Positions 1-10,293 of a stretch of 48,738 nt of DNA are shown here, one piece after another. This DNA is from Ferruginibacter sp. (GTDB lineage: Bacteria; Bacteroidota; Bacteroidia; Chitinophagales; Chitinophagaceae). The DNA lies in assembly GCA_041745235.1 (NCBI GenBank), contig JBGTJG010000144.1:1-48738 (forward strand), written 5' to 3'. Position 1 is the first letter of the stretch. Every line of letters starts with the position of its first letter. A program made the translations under genes and the position numbers. Below the pieces are notes generated by a model. It saw only the letters and a list, made by a program, of their open reading frames with translations, was not told the DNA's origin and searched no databases.

Positions 1-1242
1 TCGCTGAAAGCAGTAGTAAAAGCTGTTATAACTAAGACCTGCTGTTAGCTCAAACCGCATGGGTAATTCAATTCCGGCCTGAGTAAATATATTGGCCTGA
101 TGCACATCAATCTTATCATGATACTGAAGTGTATCTCTCACCCCCAAACGGTTTCCGTAAGTGGAAGTATTTATAAAGCTGTACTGGTATTCCCCGCCGA
201 ATGCCGCTGAATATTTTCCGGAGCTGAAATCAAACACACTTCGCCCGCCGGCGCCTGTTTCCTTTTTTTGTTCATAATTTCTGATAGTTGGATTTTTAAA
301 CTTTACTAAAGACAAATACCCACCGGTAATATTTTTCCATTTGCCGTTCAGTTTAATTTCATCTGATAAGGAAGTGTACAACTGCTTCAGGTAGAAAGCA
401 GCTTTTTGTTCTTCAGCACCTCTGAATATACCTGCGGCAGGCCTTGCTTGCCTTGGTTTTGCTGACACCTGTGCAATTGTGAGTCCGCCGGGGGTTTCAT
501 AAAACAGGTCACTGTAAATTAAATTTGTATTCAGATTATTTTTTTTATTTGCCCGGTGGGATAAATTGTAGCATAAGACATTCCTTTTCATTTCAGTATG
601 GTTCCGATAGCCTCTACTTTGCTGATGTGATAATGCGACACTTTGTTTAGTTTTTTCTTTTATGAAACCATATAATCCGTCTGCCTGAAAGTGTCCAAAA
701 CTTCCTCCTGTTATTTGCAGGGAACGACTGAGCTGTTCCGCAGTATGACCAAGCAACATTACCCCTCCTGTACCTGCGCCGTACATGCTACCCCCGGGGC
801 CTTTAAGAATTTGTATTTTATTAATGCTGTTTACGGCAAGGGAGTTGAAATACGTATTGCCGCTTGCATCAGTATAAGGAATTCCGTTCAGGTAAACTTT
901 TACATTCCTCACACCAAAGGCAGAACGCAATAAATTTCCACGGATGCTGATGCGGTAGCTGCCGGGACTGCGTTCATCCATTTTTACACCGGATACTGTA
1001 TTCACTGCAGAAACAAATGAAGTTTGATCGGATCTGATAAGTGATGCTGTGCCCAATACAGATACTGCCGCGGCTGCATCTGTAACCGTTGTCGTTCTCG
1101 CATATATATTCACATTTAATTCAGCTGAGAATTTTTCTTCAGTTTTAGATGTTATGAGTATGCCCGTATCCGGTTTTGACTGCGCAAAACAAATTTCGCT
1201 TACTCCGCTGACCAAAATAAAAAGGAACAATAATTTAATCAT
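1..1242 (-). CDS. TonB-dependent receptor (runs off the window start; not in the ORF track)
   Basis: Manual translation from ATG at 1242: signal peptide MIKLLFLFILVSGVSEICFAQ, plug motif MDERSPGSYRISIRGNLLRSAFGVRNVKVYLNGIP; same frame is open at the window edge (...ELTAGLSYNSFYYCFQR). Confidence 0.88.
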   Translation of the reverse strand, partial: MIKLLFLFILVSGVSEICFAQSKPDTGILITSKTEEKFSAELNVNIYARTTTVTDAAAAVSVLGTASLIRSDQTSFVSAVNTVSGVKMDERSPGSYRISIRGNLLRSAFGVRNVKVYLNGIPYTDASGNTYFNSLAVNSINKIQILKGPGGSMYGAGTGGVMLLGHTAEQLSRSLQITGGSFGHFQADGLYGFIKEKTKQSVALSHQQSRGYRNHTEMKRNVLCYNLSHRANKKNNLNTNLIYSDLFYETPGGLTIAQVSAKPRQARPAAGIFRGAEEQKAAFYLKQLYTSLSDEIKLNGKWKNITGGYLSLVKFKNPTIRNYEQKKETGAGGRSVFDFSSGKYSAAFGGEYQYSFINTSTYGNRLGVRDTLQYHDKIDVHQANIFTQAGIELPMRFELTAGLSYNSFYYCFQR

Positions 1243-1245
1243 CAA

Positions 1246-1473
1246 TCAGGGAGTATTATGGGTGAGTTCATTTAAACAATTTACACAAAGGCAATCCTTA
1301 TAATTTAATTTTATTGAATTCAAAACAGTTTGGCGTATTGAGATTTGGCTGCAAAAACAATTTAAAATATCATCTGCCAAGCATTCAAATTTACAGTTGC
1401 ATCTTTCGCATATTTTCACCTGTGGTCTGCTCGATTTACTGCTCACCGGCACTGTTGTATTCTTTGGAACCAT
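1246..1473 (-). CDS. Cysteine-rich CWC family small protein
   Basis: CERCNCKFEC...NCFC...YKDCLCVNCL pattern; stop 3 nt before the receptor start. Confidence 0.8.
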   Translation of the reverse strand: MVPKNTTVPVSSKSSRPQVKICERCNCKFECLADDILNCFCSQISIRQTVLNSIKLNYKDCLCVNCLNELTHNTP

Positions 1474-1542
1474 GCTTTAAATAATTAAGTTGAGTGTTTA
1501 ATTATCCATTATAATATTATCCATTTAAGTTATCTTCAAATC

Positions 1543-2913
1543 ATGAGCAAGCCAAAACTAAATCTCTTCGATTTTACCATGATCATGGTAACACTGGTAA
1601 TAGGCATGGGCATTTTTCGTACCCCTGCAAATGTAGCAGCAGATTCACCGAACCCTATGGCTTATTTCGCGGTGTGGATAGCGGGAGGTATTATCGCTAT
1701 TTGCGGTGCGCTTACTTACGCAGAGATTGGCAGCCGCTATCCCGTTACGGGCGGTTATTACAGAATATTCTCTTATGCATACCATCCTTCAATTGCCTTT
1801 GCGGTAAACTGTATTATCCTTATCTCAAATGCAGCCTCTCTGGCAGGCGTGGCACTTATTGGCTCGGAGTATATTATTAAAGTGGTAATGCCCGGCGCTG
1901 CAGACACGCAGACCATACAGATCATCATTGCTATTTCATCTATCCTTTTATTTTACGGGATAAACCTGGCGGGGCTCAAAATGAGTGCCCGCACCCAAAA
2001 TGTGCTTGCGATTGTCAAAATTTGTCTCATTCTTTTACTGATTACGCCTTTATTTTTTTACCAAAGTCCTGAGATTGTAAATGATGTTTCAGGTTCAATT
2101 ACAGATCCTACACTCCGGGAATATATTAAAGCCTTTGGCTTGGGGTTGGTAGCCGTAAGCTTTACCTATGGAGGCTATCAACAGTCTATAAACTTCGGTG
2201 AAGAAGTAAAAGAGCCTTCCAAAAATATTCCGCGGGGTATATTTTTAGGGCTCATCATTATTATCATACTGTACCTCACAATAAATTATGCCTATTACAA
2301 AGTAATCGGTTTCACGGCATTGAAAACTTCCACAAACATTGCAGCAATCATGGCAGGGCATGTATTTGGAAGTGCTGCGGGCAACATTCTCTCTGTATTG
2401 TTATTCCTGAGTGTTCTTGCTTATGTAAATGTGCTTCTGATGGCAAACCCCCGTGTGATGCAGGCCATGAGCGAAGAAGGAATGCTGCCGCCAACATTCA
2501 GTAAGAGAACCGTTAATACCAATGTACTCATAACTTCCCTCAGCGTTTTCGCTTCTTTATGCGTACTCATAGTTTTTTGGGCAAAAACCTTTGACGAGAT
2601 CCTTAGCTTTACCATCTTCCTGGATTGTTTCGGCATGGTGCTCTCTGCAGCTACTATTTTTAAGTTACGAAGAGAAACTGCTCACCTGAATGATACCGGA
2701 ATTTACAAAATGAAATTATTCCCGCTTATGCCCGTCATCTTTATACTTGCTTATACTTTTGTAGGTATCAGTATTTTTATTGATAAGCCCATAACGGGGT
2801 TAACGGGACTGGCAATACTTGGCGCTTTCATTTTACTTTATTTTCTGGTGAAGGGAACAAAAAGAAACGGAGATAACTTATCACCGCAAACATCTGAAAA
2901 TCTTAAGTCTTAA
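1543..2913 (+). CDS. APC-family amino acid permease
   Basis: About 12 hydrophobic segments; IGMGIF, YAEIGSRYPVTGGYY, FTYGGY motifs. Confidence 0.92.
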   Translation: MSKPKLNLFDFTMIMVTLVIGMGIFRTPANVAADSPNPMAYFAVWIAGGIIAICGALTYAEIGSRYPVTGGYYRIFSYAYHPSIAFAVNCIILISNAASLAGVALIGSEYIIKVVMPGAADTQTIQIIIAISSILLFYGINLAGLKMSARTQNVLAIVKICLILLLITPLFFYQSPEIVNDVSGSITDPTLREYIKAFGLGLVAVSFTYGGYQQSINFGEEVKEPSKNIPRGIFLGLIIIIILYLTINYAYYKVIGFTALKTSTNIAAIMAGHVFGSAAGNILSVLLFLSVLAYVNVLLMANPRVMQAMSEEGMLPPTFSKRTVNTNVLITSLSVFASLCVLIVFWAKTFDEILSFTIFLDCFGMVLSAATIFKLRRETAHLNDTGIYKMKLFPLMPVIFILAYTFVGISIFIDKPITGLTGLAILGAFILLYFLVKGTKRNGDNLSPQTSENLKS

Positions 2914-2918
2914 TTCTT

Positions 2919-4091
2919 ATGTCTTCCTTAGATATCTCCTACATCATAAACGAACTCGGTGAAGAAAGGGAAAACTATTTTAATGCCATTGCGCCACCCA
3001 TCATGCAAACGAGCAATTTTGCTTTTAAAACGGTGGCAGAGATGCGCCATGCCTTTGCAGATGAGTATGCGTCTTACATTTACAGCCGCGGTAATAATCC
3101 CACTGTAAATATTTTACAACAAAAGCTTGCAGCCTTAGACGGTGCAGAGGATTGCCTGGTATTTAACAGCGGCGCTGCAGCAATATTTGCCGCGGTACTC
3201 GCTAATGTGAAGAGCGGCGATCACATCATCAGCGTAAAAGATCCTTACAGCTGGGCAAAAAAAATGTTTACGGAGATCCTGCCGCGTTTCGGGGTAAGCA
3301 CAACCTTCATTGACGGCACCGAGATAAAAAACTTTGAAGAGGCAAGTACAAATTATACAACACTGATTTATCTGGAAACACCCAACAGCTGGGATTATGC
3401 AATACAGGATCTTTCTGCCGTTGCGGCCTTTGCAAAACAGCATGGCATTATTACGATATGCGACAACAGTTATTGCACCCCTCTTTACCAGCAGCCGATA
3501 AAACTCGGCATTGATTTGTCACTTCAATCCGCTACAAAATATATCGGAGGCCACAGCGATACCATTGCAGGTGTGCTTAGCGGCTGCAGTGAAATGATAG
3601 AAAGGATTTTTAAGAATGAATACAATACAATCGGCAGCGGCATCCAGCCCTTCAATGCATGGTTGCTTTTGCGTGGTCTCCGTACTTTGCCCATGAGGTT
3701 GGAAAGAATAAGTGGAACCACGCAAAAGGTTTTGGCCTTCTTAAAAAATCATGAGAAAGTGGAAGATGTTCTTTTTCCGCTGGACGAGTCCTTTTCGCAG
3801 TATGCTGTTGCTAAAAAACAAATGAGCGGCGCATGCGGCCTTTTGACTTTTATCTTGAAAGTAAATACGGCGGAGCAGATAGAAAAATTCTGTGAAAGCC
3901 TGCAGCATATTTTAATGGCAGTAAGCTGGGGTGGCCATGAAAGCCTTATTATTCCGCGAAGTGCGGGAATCTCTTCAGGAGATTTTGATGTTCAAAATAA
4001 AGAACACAGAATGATGAGGTTGTATGTGGGTTTAGAAGAGGCCGCTTATCTGATAACTGATCTTGAAAGGGGCTTTATTTCTATCAAATAG
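2919..4091 (+). CDS. PLP-dependent trans-sulfuration enzyme (cystathionine gamma-synthase/beta-lyase family)
   Basis: YSRGNNPT, DNSYCTP, SATKYIGGHSD (PLP lysine), RLYVGLE. Confidence 0.92.
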   Translation: MSSLDISYIINELGEERENYFNAIAPPIMQTSNFAFKTVAEMRHAFADEYASYIYSRGNNPTVNILQQKLAALDGAEDCLVFNSGAAAIFAAVLANVKSGDHIISVKDPYSWAKKMFTEILPRFGVSTTFIDGTEIKNFEEASTNYTTLIYLETPNSWDYAIQDLSAVAAFAKQHGIITICDNSYCTPLYQQPIKLGIDLSLQSATKYIGGHSDTIAGVLSGCSEMIERIFKNEYNTIGSGIQPFNAWLLLRGLRTLPMRLERISGTTQKVLAFLKNHEKVEDVLFPLDESFSQYAVAKKQMSGACGLLTFILKVNTAEQIEKFCESLQHILMAVSWGGHESLIIPRSAGISSGDFDVQNKEHRMMRLYVGLEEAAYLITDLERGFISIK

Positions 4092-4188
4092 CAGGTTAAC
4101 TCATTGGATGTAGCTGATTATAGCCAATTCGCTGTGGTTTTTGCCTTTCCGCTCATAAAATTCATCTTAAAGCATCAAAATCAATTGA

Positions 4189-4196
4189 TAAATTTG
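4189..4196 (+). promoter_or_regulatory. Bacteroidota sigma70 -7 element (TAAATTTG) for the TolC gene
   Basis: Matches TAnnTTTG; 3 nt before ATG at 4200. Confidence 0.55.
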
Positions 4197-4199
4197 CGT

Positions 4200-5639
4200 A
4201 TGAGAATTTTTTTTACCCTTACATTTCTTATTGCCATTACAAGTACCGCAGGGGCCCAGAATAAATGGAACCTGCAAAGCATTGTAAACTATGCGATGGC
4301 AAATAATATACAGGCCCGCCTATCTGATGTACAGGCAAAAGTGGCAGCCATTAATTATAAGCAAAGCAAATTGTCTCAATACCCCACGCTGGGATTTAAT
4401 GCAAATACGGGATTTAATGCGGGGAATAATCAGAACCCCATTACCTTCAGTCGCACTACTCAGACCTACCTTTCTTCCGGTTTCCAATTGCAAAGCAGCG
4501 CAGACATATTCAATTTTTACAGCAGAAGAAATACCATAGCAGCAAATAACTATGAATTGCAGGCTGCTAATGCAGCAACCGATAAAATAAAAAATGACAT
4601 AGCACTTACGGCAGCCAATGCTTATTTACAGATACTGCTAAGCAGGGAACAAGAGAGTATTACTGCCATTCAGATCCAACAAACTAGAGCACAGCTTACG
4701 AATACAAGAAAGCAGGTAGATGCCGGTGCCTTACCGGAATTGAATGCCACTCAATTAGATGCACAACTTGGCATGGACAGCCTTAATTACATCACTGCTA
4801 AAGGGAATACTACACTGGCAATCCTCACGCTGAAATCATACATGAACATAGATGCAGCGCAGCCGTTTGATATAGAGATACCTCCGGTAGATATGATCAA
4901 AGTTGAACCGATCGCTTCCCTGCTACCGGAATATGTATATGATCTTGCTCTCAAAAATATGCCGCAACAAAAGTTCAATGAACTTAAAATGAAAGCCGCT
5001 GAAAAGAATGTGGCTGCAGCAAAAGGCTCGATGTATCCCACACTAAGCGCATTCGGCAATTTGGGAACCTCTTATCTTTCTTCACGCACACCGGCGTTTG
5101 TGCCTGTTATTGGCGGCTTCCAGCCAAACGGACAGAAAGTAACAGTGGGCGGGGTAGATTATTTTGTATCCGCCCCATCGGTATCATTTCAGCAAAGCGG
5201 TTTCAACAGAACAGGCAACTTTACAAAGCAGATCAATGATAATTTTCAACAGGGAGTAGGCATCAGTTTAAATGTGCCTATTTTTAACGGGGGCGCACTG
5301 CGCAGTAATTATGAACGCAGCAAGTTAAACATCAGCACCATACAATTACAACAGGAGCAGGATGATCAAAAACTAAAACAGGATATTTACCAGGCTTATA
5401 CAGCCGCGCTTATTGCTTACGAAAAACTGGAAGCAAGTAAAAAATCAGTAGCGGTAAATGAACTCACACTCGGTTATGCAACTAAACGATTTAATGTAGG
5501 CATGCTCGGTACATTTGATCTGATAACAACACAAAATAACTTATTGCGGGCAAAACTGGAGCTTGCGCAGAACAGGTATGATTACGTTTTTAAAATGAAA
5601 GTGCTGGAATTTTATAAAGGAATGGGATTGAGCCTATAA
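4200..5639 (+). CDS. TolC family outer membrane efflux protein
   Basis: Signal peptide from ATG 4200 (MRIFFTLTFLIAITSTAGAQ); duplicated OEP repeats (YPTL...; LNVPIFNG). Track start 4104 lies upstream of the -7 element. Confidence 0.9.
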   Translation: MRIFFTLTFLIAITSTAGAQNKWNLQSIVNYAMANNIQARLSDVQAKVAAINYKQSKLSQYPTLGFNANTGFNAGNNQNPITFSRTTQTYLSSGFQLQSSADIFNFYSRRNTIAANNYELQAANAATDKIKNDIALTAANAYLQILLSREQESITAIQIQQTRAQLTNTRKQVDAGALPELNATQLDAQLGMDSLNYITAKGNTTLAILTLKSYMNIDAAQPFDIEIPPVDMIKVEPIASLLPEYVYDLALKNMPQQKFNELKMKAAEKNVAAAKGSMYPTLSAFGNLGTSYLSSRTPAFVPVIGGFQPNGQKVTVGGVDYFVSAPSVSFQQSGFNRTGNFTKQINDNFQQGVGISLNVPIFNGGALRSNYERSKLNISTIQLQQEQDDQKLKQDIYQAYTAALIAYEKLEASKKSVAVNELTLGYATKRFNVGMLGTFDLITTQNNLLRAKLELAQNRYDYVFKMKVLEFYKGMGLSL

Positions 5640-5711
5640 GTGTTGAGTGATTAGAAAAACCCAAAGAATAAAATTGATAGGAAACATATTTAGAGTACGA
5701 CAGAACTGAAC

Positions 5712-5732
5712 CAATTACAAATTACTAATTAC
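5712..5732. repeat. Three degenerate 7-mer repeats (caattac aaattac taattac)
   Basis: Seen directly in the TolC-adaptor intergenic region. Confidence 0.55.
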
Positions 5733-5742
5733 CTAAAACAAC

Positions 5743-7134
5743 ATGTCCAAAACAACAAAATGGATCTTAATAAGCATAGGAATTCTTCTTGTGCTGCTTA
5801 TCATACTTTCTAAGGCAGGAGCATTCGGAAAAAATGAAGGCACGAGAGTAACTGCAGAAAAAGCACAGAAGCGTACCATCACAGAAGTGGTAAATGCAAG
5901 CGGAAAAGTGTACCCGGAAATTGAAGTGAAAGTGAGTCCGGATATCAGCGGGGAGATTACCGAGCTTACCGTACAGGAAGGTGATACTGTAAAGCGTGGG
6001 CAGTTGCTGGCACGTATTTATGCAGATGTGTATAATATTCAGCGCAGCCAGGCAGCAAGCGGTGTGGCGCAGAGCCGTGCACAGGTAAGCATTTCACAGG
6101 CGCAGGTAGATAATTCACAGGCTGCACTGGCGGCACTCAGCGCACAGCAGGAGCAGGCAGAGCGGACGTATAACATGCAGAAAAAGTTGTTTGATGAAAA
6201 AGTGATCAGTGCAAGTGAATTCAATGTATCTGATGCTAATTATAAAACTTCAAAGGCAAATTACAATGCGGCTGTGCAAAGCATACGCGGCGGACAGGCA
6301 GGTGTACAAAGCGCAAGAGCGGGTGTTCAAAGTGCGCAGCAAAACCTGGCAAAAGCAAATACAGATCTTGGCAGAACAGCGATTGTTGCGCCCATGGATG
6401 GCGTAGTGAGTCTGCTCAATGTTAAGAAAGGTGAGAAGGTGGCGGGAAACAGTTTTAACGTGGGAACGGAACTGTTGCGAATTGCAGACATGGATAAAAT
6501 TGAAATACGCGTAGATGTAGGTGAGAACGATGTGCCTAAAGTAAAGCTCGGAGACAGTGCTCTAGTGACTGTAGATGCATACAGCGACCGAAAATTTAAA
6601 GGACTGGTAACGCAGATTGCCAGCAGCAATAACGGTGCGTCAAGCCCCGGCGGACTTAGCGGAACCACAGATGTTACACAATACAAAGTATACATCCGTA
6701 TACTAAAAGAAAGTTATGCAGATCTGTTGGGTAAAGGCAATTTTCCCTTCAGGCCGGGCATGAGTGCTAATGCAGATATACAAACCAAAACACAACGGGA
6801 TGTGATCACTGTTCCCATTAATGCCGTAACCACTCGGGATAAGAATGATACCACCGCATCCGGAAAGAAAAAAAGTAAAGATGAAGAAAATGAATTGTCT
6901 TCTTCTGCAGAAGAACCGGAAGTGGTGGTTTTTGTAAAAGGTGCAGATAACAAAGTGACGAGGATGAAAGTAAGCACAGGCATCCAGGATATTAATTATA
7001 TAGAAGTAACATCCGGCCTGAAGGGCGGTGAAGTAGTAGTAACCGGGCCTTACGACGTGGTAAGTAAAACGCTGAAAAAGGGTACGCAGGTGAAAGTAGT
7101 GGACAAAAAGGAATTGTTTGAAAAGAAGGATTAA
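5743..7134 (+). CDS. Efflux periplasmic adaptor subunit (HlyD/MacA-like)
   Basis: N-terminal TM anchor, ISGEITELTVQEGDTVKRGQLL lipoyl half, coiled coil, APMDGVV, FRPGMSA. Confidence 0.93.
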   Translation: MSKTTKWILISIGILLVLLIILSKAGAFGKNEGTRVTAEKAQKRTITEVVNASGKVYPEIEVKVSPDISGEITELTVQEGDTVKRGQLLARIYADVYNIQRSQAASGVAQSRAQVSISQAQVDNSQAALAALSAQQEQAERTYNMQKKLFDEKVISASEFNVSDANYKTSKANYNAAVQSIRGGQAGVQSARAGVQSAQQNLAKANTDLGRTAIVAPMDGVVSLLNVKKGEKVAGNSFNVGTELLRIADMDKIEIRVDVGENDVPKVKLGDSALVTVDAYSDRKFKGLVTQIASSNNGASSPGGLSGTTDVTQYKVYIRILKESYADLLGKGNFPFRPGMSANADIQTKTQRDVITVPINAVTTRDKNDTTASGKKKSKDEENELSSSAEEPEVVVFVKGADNKVTRMKVSTGIQDINYIEVTSGLKGGEVVVTGPYDVVSKTLKKGTQVKVVDKKELFEKKD

Positions 7135-7188
7135 GCCTGATGATATCCTAAGCCTTTATTAACCCGGAGTCAGGAAAAAATAAAAAAT

Positions 7189-9567
7189 TTGAAATTTAAA
7201 ATACCGATCCTTTTAAGCTTTTTAACGGTTTCACTTTGCAGCGCTGCACAAAATGTCAACGTAAAAATATTAATCAGAACAGATAAGAATGAACCTGTAA
7301 CAAATGCGACAGCACAGTTTTTAACTAACTCCGATTCTACTTCCGTTGCGGTAAAAACACTGCAGAAGGATCTATCTTTTTTACTGAGCCCCAATACCGC
7401 ATATTTTTTAAAGATCACCTCCATCGGTATCAACGATATTTTTCAAACCGTACAGATCGGGATCACAGATACTGTTTTAAATATTATTGCAGAAAATAAA
7501 TCCAAGAACTTAGCCGGTGTAACAGTTATCAGCCGAAAGCCGCTGATCAAACAGGAAGACGACAAAACCATCATTGATGCAGAGGTACTTGCAGAAAGCA
7601 GTACAAATGCATTTGAAGTATTGGAAAAGACTCCCGGTGCTGTGCTTGATCAGGATGGTAATGTCTACCTCAACAGTGCCACACCTGCTACAATTCATAT
7701 TAACGGCAGGGAAATGAAGCTGAGCGGATCTGACATGGCGGCTTTGCTTAAGAGCCTGCCGGCAAACAGCATATTAAAAATTGAAATCCTCAGGAACCCA
7801 TCAGCAAAATATGATGCGGAAAGCAGCGGTGGCATTGTAAACATAGTTCTGAAGAAAGGAGTAAAGCTTGGCACTAACGGCAGCTTTGACCTGTCGCATT
7901 TCCAGGGCGTTTACGGAACAGAGTCAGCCGGTTTTAATGTGAATCGGAATGCAGGTAAGCTGAACACATACCTCTCTTATAATTTTACCACAAGGAGAAA
8001 CTTTGAAGTGTATGCCTCCGATCGTTTGGTAAATGCGGGTCAATTGTTCTCACAGTCTTCCTTTACAAAATTCAGATCTGATAATAATTTTATGGGTGCA
8101 GGATTGGATTATGAAATTAATAAAAAGTGGAGTGTAGGTTATGATGCAAAGATCACTGCAAATGATAACGGAAATGCAGTTACGAACAATATAGATATCC
8201 GGAATCTGTTGAACGGAAATAAATCAGGGGATAATTTGTCACTTGTTAATAACAACGGTAAGTCCTTTTATTCCGGAAATAATTTATCATCAAAATATAA
8301 AATAGATTCCACAGGAAGCGAATGGACCAATTCCCTGGATTATAATTATTTTAAAAGCAGTAATGGTCAGCAGTATAATAATATTTATATCCTGCCGGCA
8401 AGGACCACCCTTAACGGTGACGGAAATACAGACAATATTAAAAACATAGTTGGATTTAAAACTGATCTTATCCTGAAATTGAGAAAGAAGTTAACGTTTG
8501 AAGCCGGTGCAAAATTTAATTTCAGCAGGAGTAAAAATAACGCGTCTTATTTTGCTGACAGCGGTACTATAAAGTACACGGATCTTTTTCAGACAAACAG
8601 GTTTAGCTTCAATGAAAATATTGCCGCCGGTTATTTGCAGGTCGCTCAGACTTTCGGACGCCTTGTAGTTAAACCCGGGCTGCGCTTAGAGCATACCGAT
8701 ATAGAGGGACGCCAGCTGATTCCTTTTGATACCAGTTTTACGATAAAACGCACTGACCTTTTCCCTTACGTGTACCTGCGCCATCCGCTTACAAAGCTTT
8801 TCGGATTTCTGCTTACGGGTAATGTGATCCTGCGCCGCAGCATTACCAGACCTTATTATGAAGCACTGAATCCTTACCCCAGGCTCATCGATCAGTTTAC
8901 GTATGATATCGGCAATCCCGGCCTGCAACCGCAGTTTACAAACAATTATGAATTTAATGTTACTGCAGATGAGTTCCCTGTTTTTTCTCTGGGGCTTAAT
9001 GATATTAAAAACATTTTTACCAATGTAACCTATCCCAAAGGAGATACACTTTTTCGAACGTTTGATAATCTTGGGACTAATAAAGAAGTGTATATGAGGG
9101 CAGTTGGCGGCATCCCTCCCGGCGGAAAGTATTTCTTCTATGCGGGCACACAGTTGAACATACTCAATTACAAAGGTTTTTACGGGGGCGTACCTTTTCA
9201 ATACAAGCGGAATTCATGGACGTTCTTTATGTTTCAGAATTACAAGCCCACACCCACACTCAACCTCAGCATTCACGGGTGGATGCGTGTTCGCGGCGTA
9301 TTTAATTTCTTTGAATTGGAACCGTTCGGTGGCCTCAGTGCCAGTGTAAACAAAGGGATTTTAAAGAAAAAGATGAATATTGTTTTTTCCGGGAATGATA
9401 TTCTCCGCACCAATCGGAATGAGTTTAAAATAAACCAGCCGAATTTAATTGCAACAGGGCAGCGTTACGGTGATACGAGAAAGTTTGGTATCGCTTTGAA
9501 ATATAATTTCGGCATTAAGCCTAAGGAAGAGAAGAATGGCGGGTTTGAAACCCCGGCTGAAAACTAA
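7189..9567 (+). CDS. TonB-dependent receptor-like outer membrane beta-barrel protein
   Basis: Signal peptide (TTG start), plug LEKTPG...IEILRNPSAKYDAESSGGIVNIVLKK, GNPGLQP, terminal LKYNFG. Confidence 0.85.
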   Translation: MKFKIPILLSFLTVSLCSAAQNVNVKILIRTDKNEPVTNATAQFLTNSDSTSVAVKTLQKDLSFLLSPNTAYFLKITSIGINDIFQTVQIGITDTVLNIIAENKSKNLAGVTVISRKPLIKQEDDKTIIDAEVLAESSTNAFEVLEKTPGAVLDQDGNVYLNSATPATIHINGREMKLSGSDMAALLKSLPANSILKIEILRNPSAKYDAESSGGIVNIVLKKGVKLGTNGSFDLSHFQGVYGTESAGFNVNRNAGKLNTYLSYNFTTRRNFEVYASDRLVNAGQLFSQSSFTKFRSDNNFMGAGLDYEINKKWSVGYDAKITANDNGNAVTNNIDIRNLLNGNKSGDNLSLVNNNGKSFYSGNNLSSKYKIDSTGSEWTNSLDYNYFKSSNGQQYNNIYILPARTTLNGDGNTDNIKNIVGFKTDLILKLRKKLTFEAGAKFNFSRSKNNASYFADSGTIKYTDLFQTNRFSFNENIAAGYLQVAQTFGRLVVKPGLRLEHTDIEGRQLIPFDTSFTIKRTDLFPYVYLRHPLTKLFGFLLTGNVILRRSITRPYYEALNPYPRLIDQFTYDIGNPGLQPQFTNNYEFNVTADEFPVFSLGLNDIKNIFTNVTYPKGDTLFRTFDNLGTNKEVYMRAVGGIPPGGKYFFYAGTQLNILNYKGFYGGVPFQYKRNSWTFFMFQNYKPTPTLNLSIHGWMRVRGVFNFFELEPFGGLSASVNKGILKKKMNIVFSGNDILRTNRNEFKINQPNLIATGQRYGDTRKFGIALKYNFGIKPKEEKNGGFETPAEN

Positions 9568-10268
9568 AACATCTTTTCCGCTTCCGCCACACTCTCAGGC
9601 TTGCCTACGTCTATAAACTTTGTGTCACTGTGATCGAATGCCATTATGTTATGATCATTGGCCAGCCGCAAATACAAATCAATCAGAGAAAACTTTCCTT
9701 CCTCTTTGATCATGGAGAATATTTTAGGAGAAATAATATGTATTCCGCTGAATGCTTTTTTTGTGCCCAACTTTCCTTTTTGCTCTCCTGTTTTTTCATT
9801 TAGCCACCCGCAAAGCCTGTTATTTTCATCAAACAAAAGATACCGGCTTGTGCTTCTGGCTGTCACGGCAAGTGTAGCTAAAGGATCATGTTGCGAATGC
9901 TGCGTTCTCATATGATCAATATCCAGATCGGTAAGGATATCGGCGTTCATCAACACAAAGGGTTCCGTATTGTTATTAAAAAAATTTGCAGCTTTTTTTA
10001 ATCCTCCGCCTGTCTCTAAAACTTCATCGGTCTCATCGCTGATGTAAATATTACTACCCCACCCGTTGTTTTGAATAACCGCTTCTTTGATCTGATCTGC
10101 AAAATGGTGCACATTCACTGCAATGTCTTTTATGCCAAAACTTTGCAGGTATTCTATATTTCGCTGCAAGAGAGATTTGCCGTTCACTGGAAATAATGCC
10201 TTAGGGTGTTTTTCTGTAAAAGGTTTCAGGCGGGTGCCGAGGCCTGCGGCTAGGATCATTCCTTTCAT
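9564..10268 (-). CDS. Sugar-phosphate nucleotidyltransferase (MurU-like)
   Basis: MILAAGLGTRLKPFT..PKAL, LETGGG, NADIL, DVGKPE. Confidence 0.88.
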   Translation of the reverse strand: MKGMILAAGLGTRLKPFTEKHPKALFPVNGKSLLQRNIEYLQSFGIKDIAVNVHHFADQIKEAVIQNNGWGSNIYISDETDEVLETGGGLKKAANFFNNNTEPFVLMNADILTDLDIDHMRTQHSQHDPLATLAVTARSTSRYLLFDENNRLCGWLNEKTGEQKGKLGTKKAFSGIHIISPKIFSMIKEEGKFSLIDLYLRLANDHNIMAFDHSDTKFIDVGKPESVAEAEKMF

Positions 10269-10293
10269 AATTTATATTTATCAGGCTGACAGA

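Noticed and set aside
691..1303. Plus-strand ORFs 691-933 and 1049-1303
   Set aside because: Antisense shadows of the minus-strand TonB receptor at 1-1242
1474..1542. Cobalamin or SAM riboswitch before the CWC/TonB or permease genes
   Set aside because: Intergenic region is only 69 nt and very AT-rich
6040..6360. Repetitive GCACAG/GCGCAG-rich stretch
   Set aside because: Coiled-coil heptads of the efflux adaptor, not a DNA repeat element
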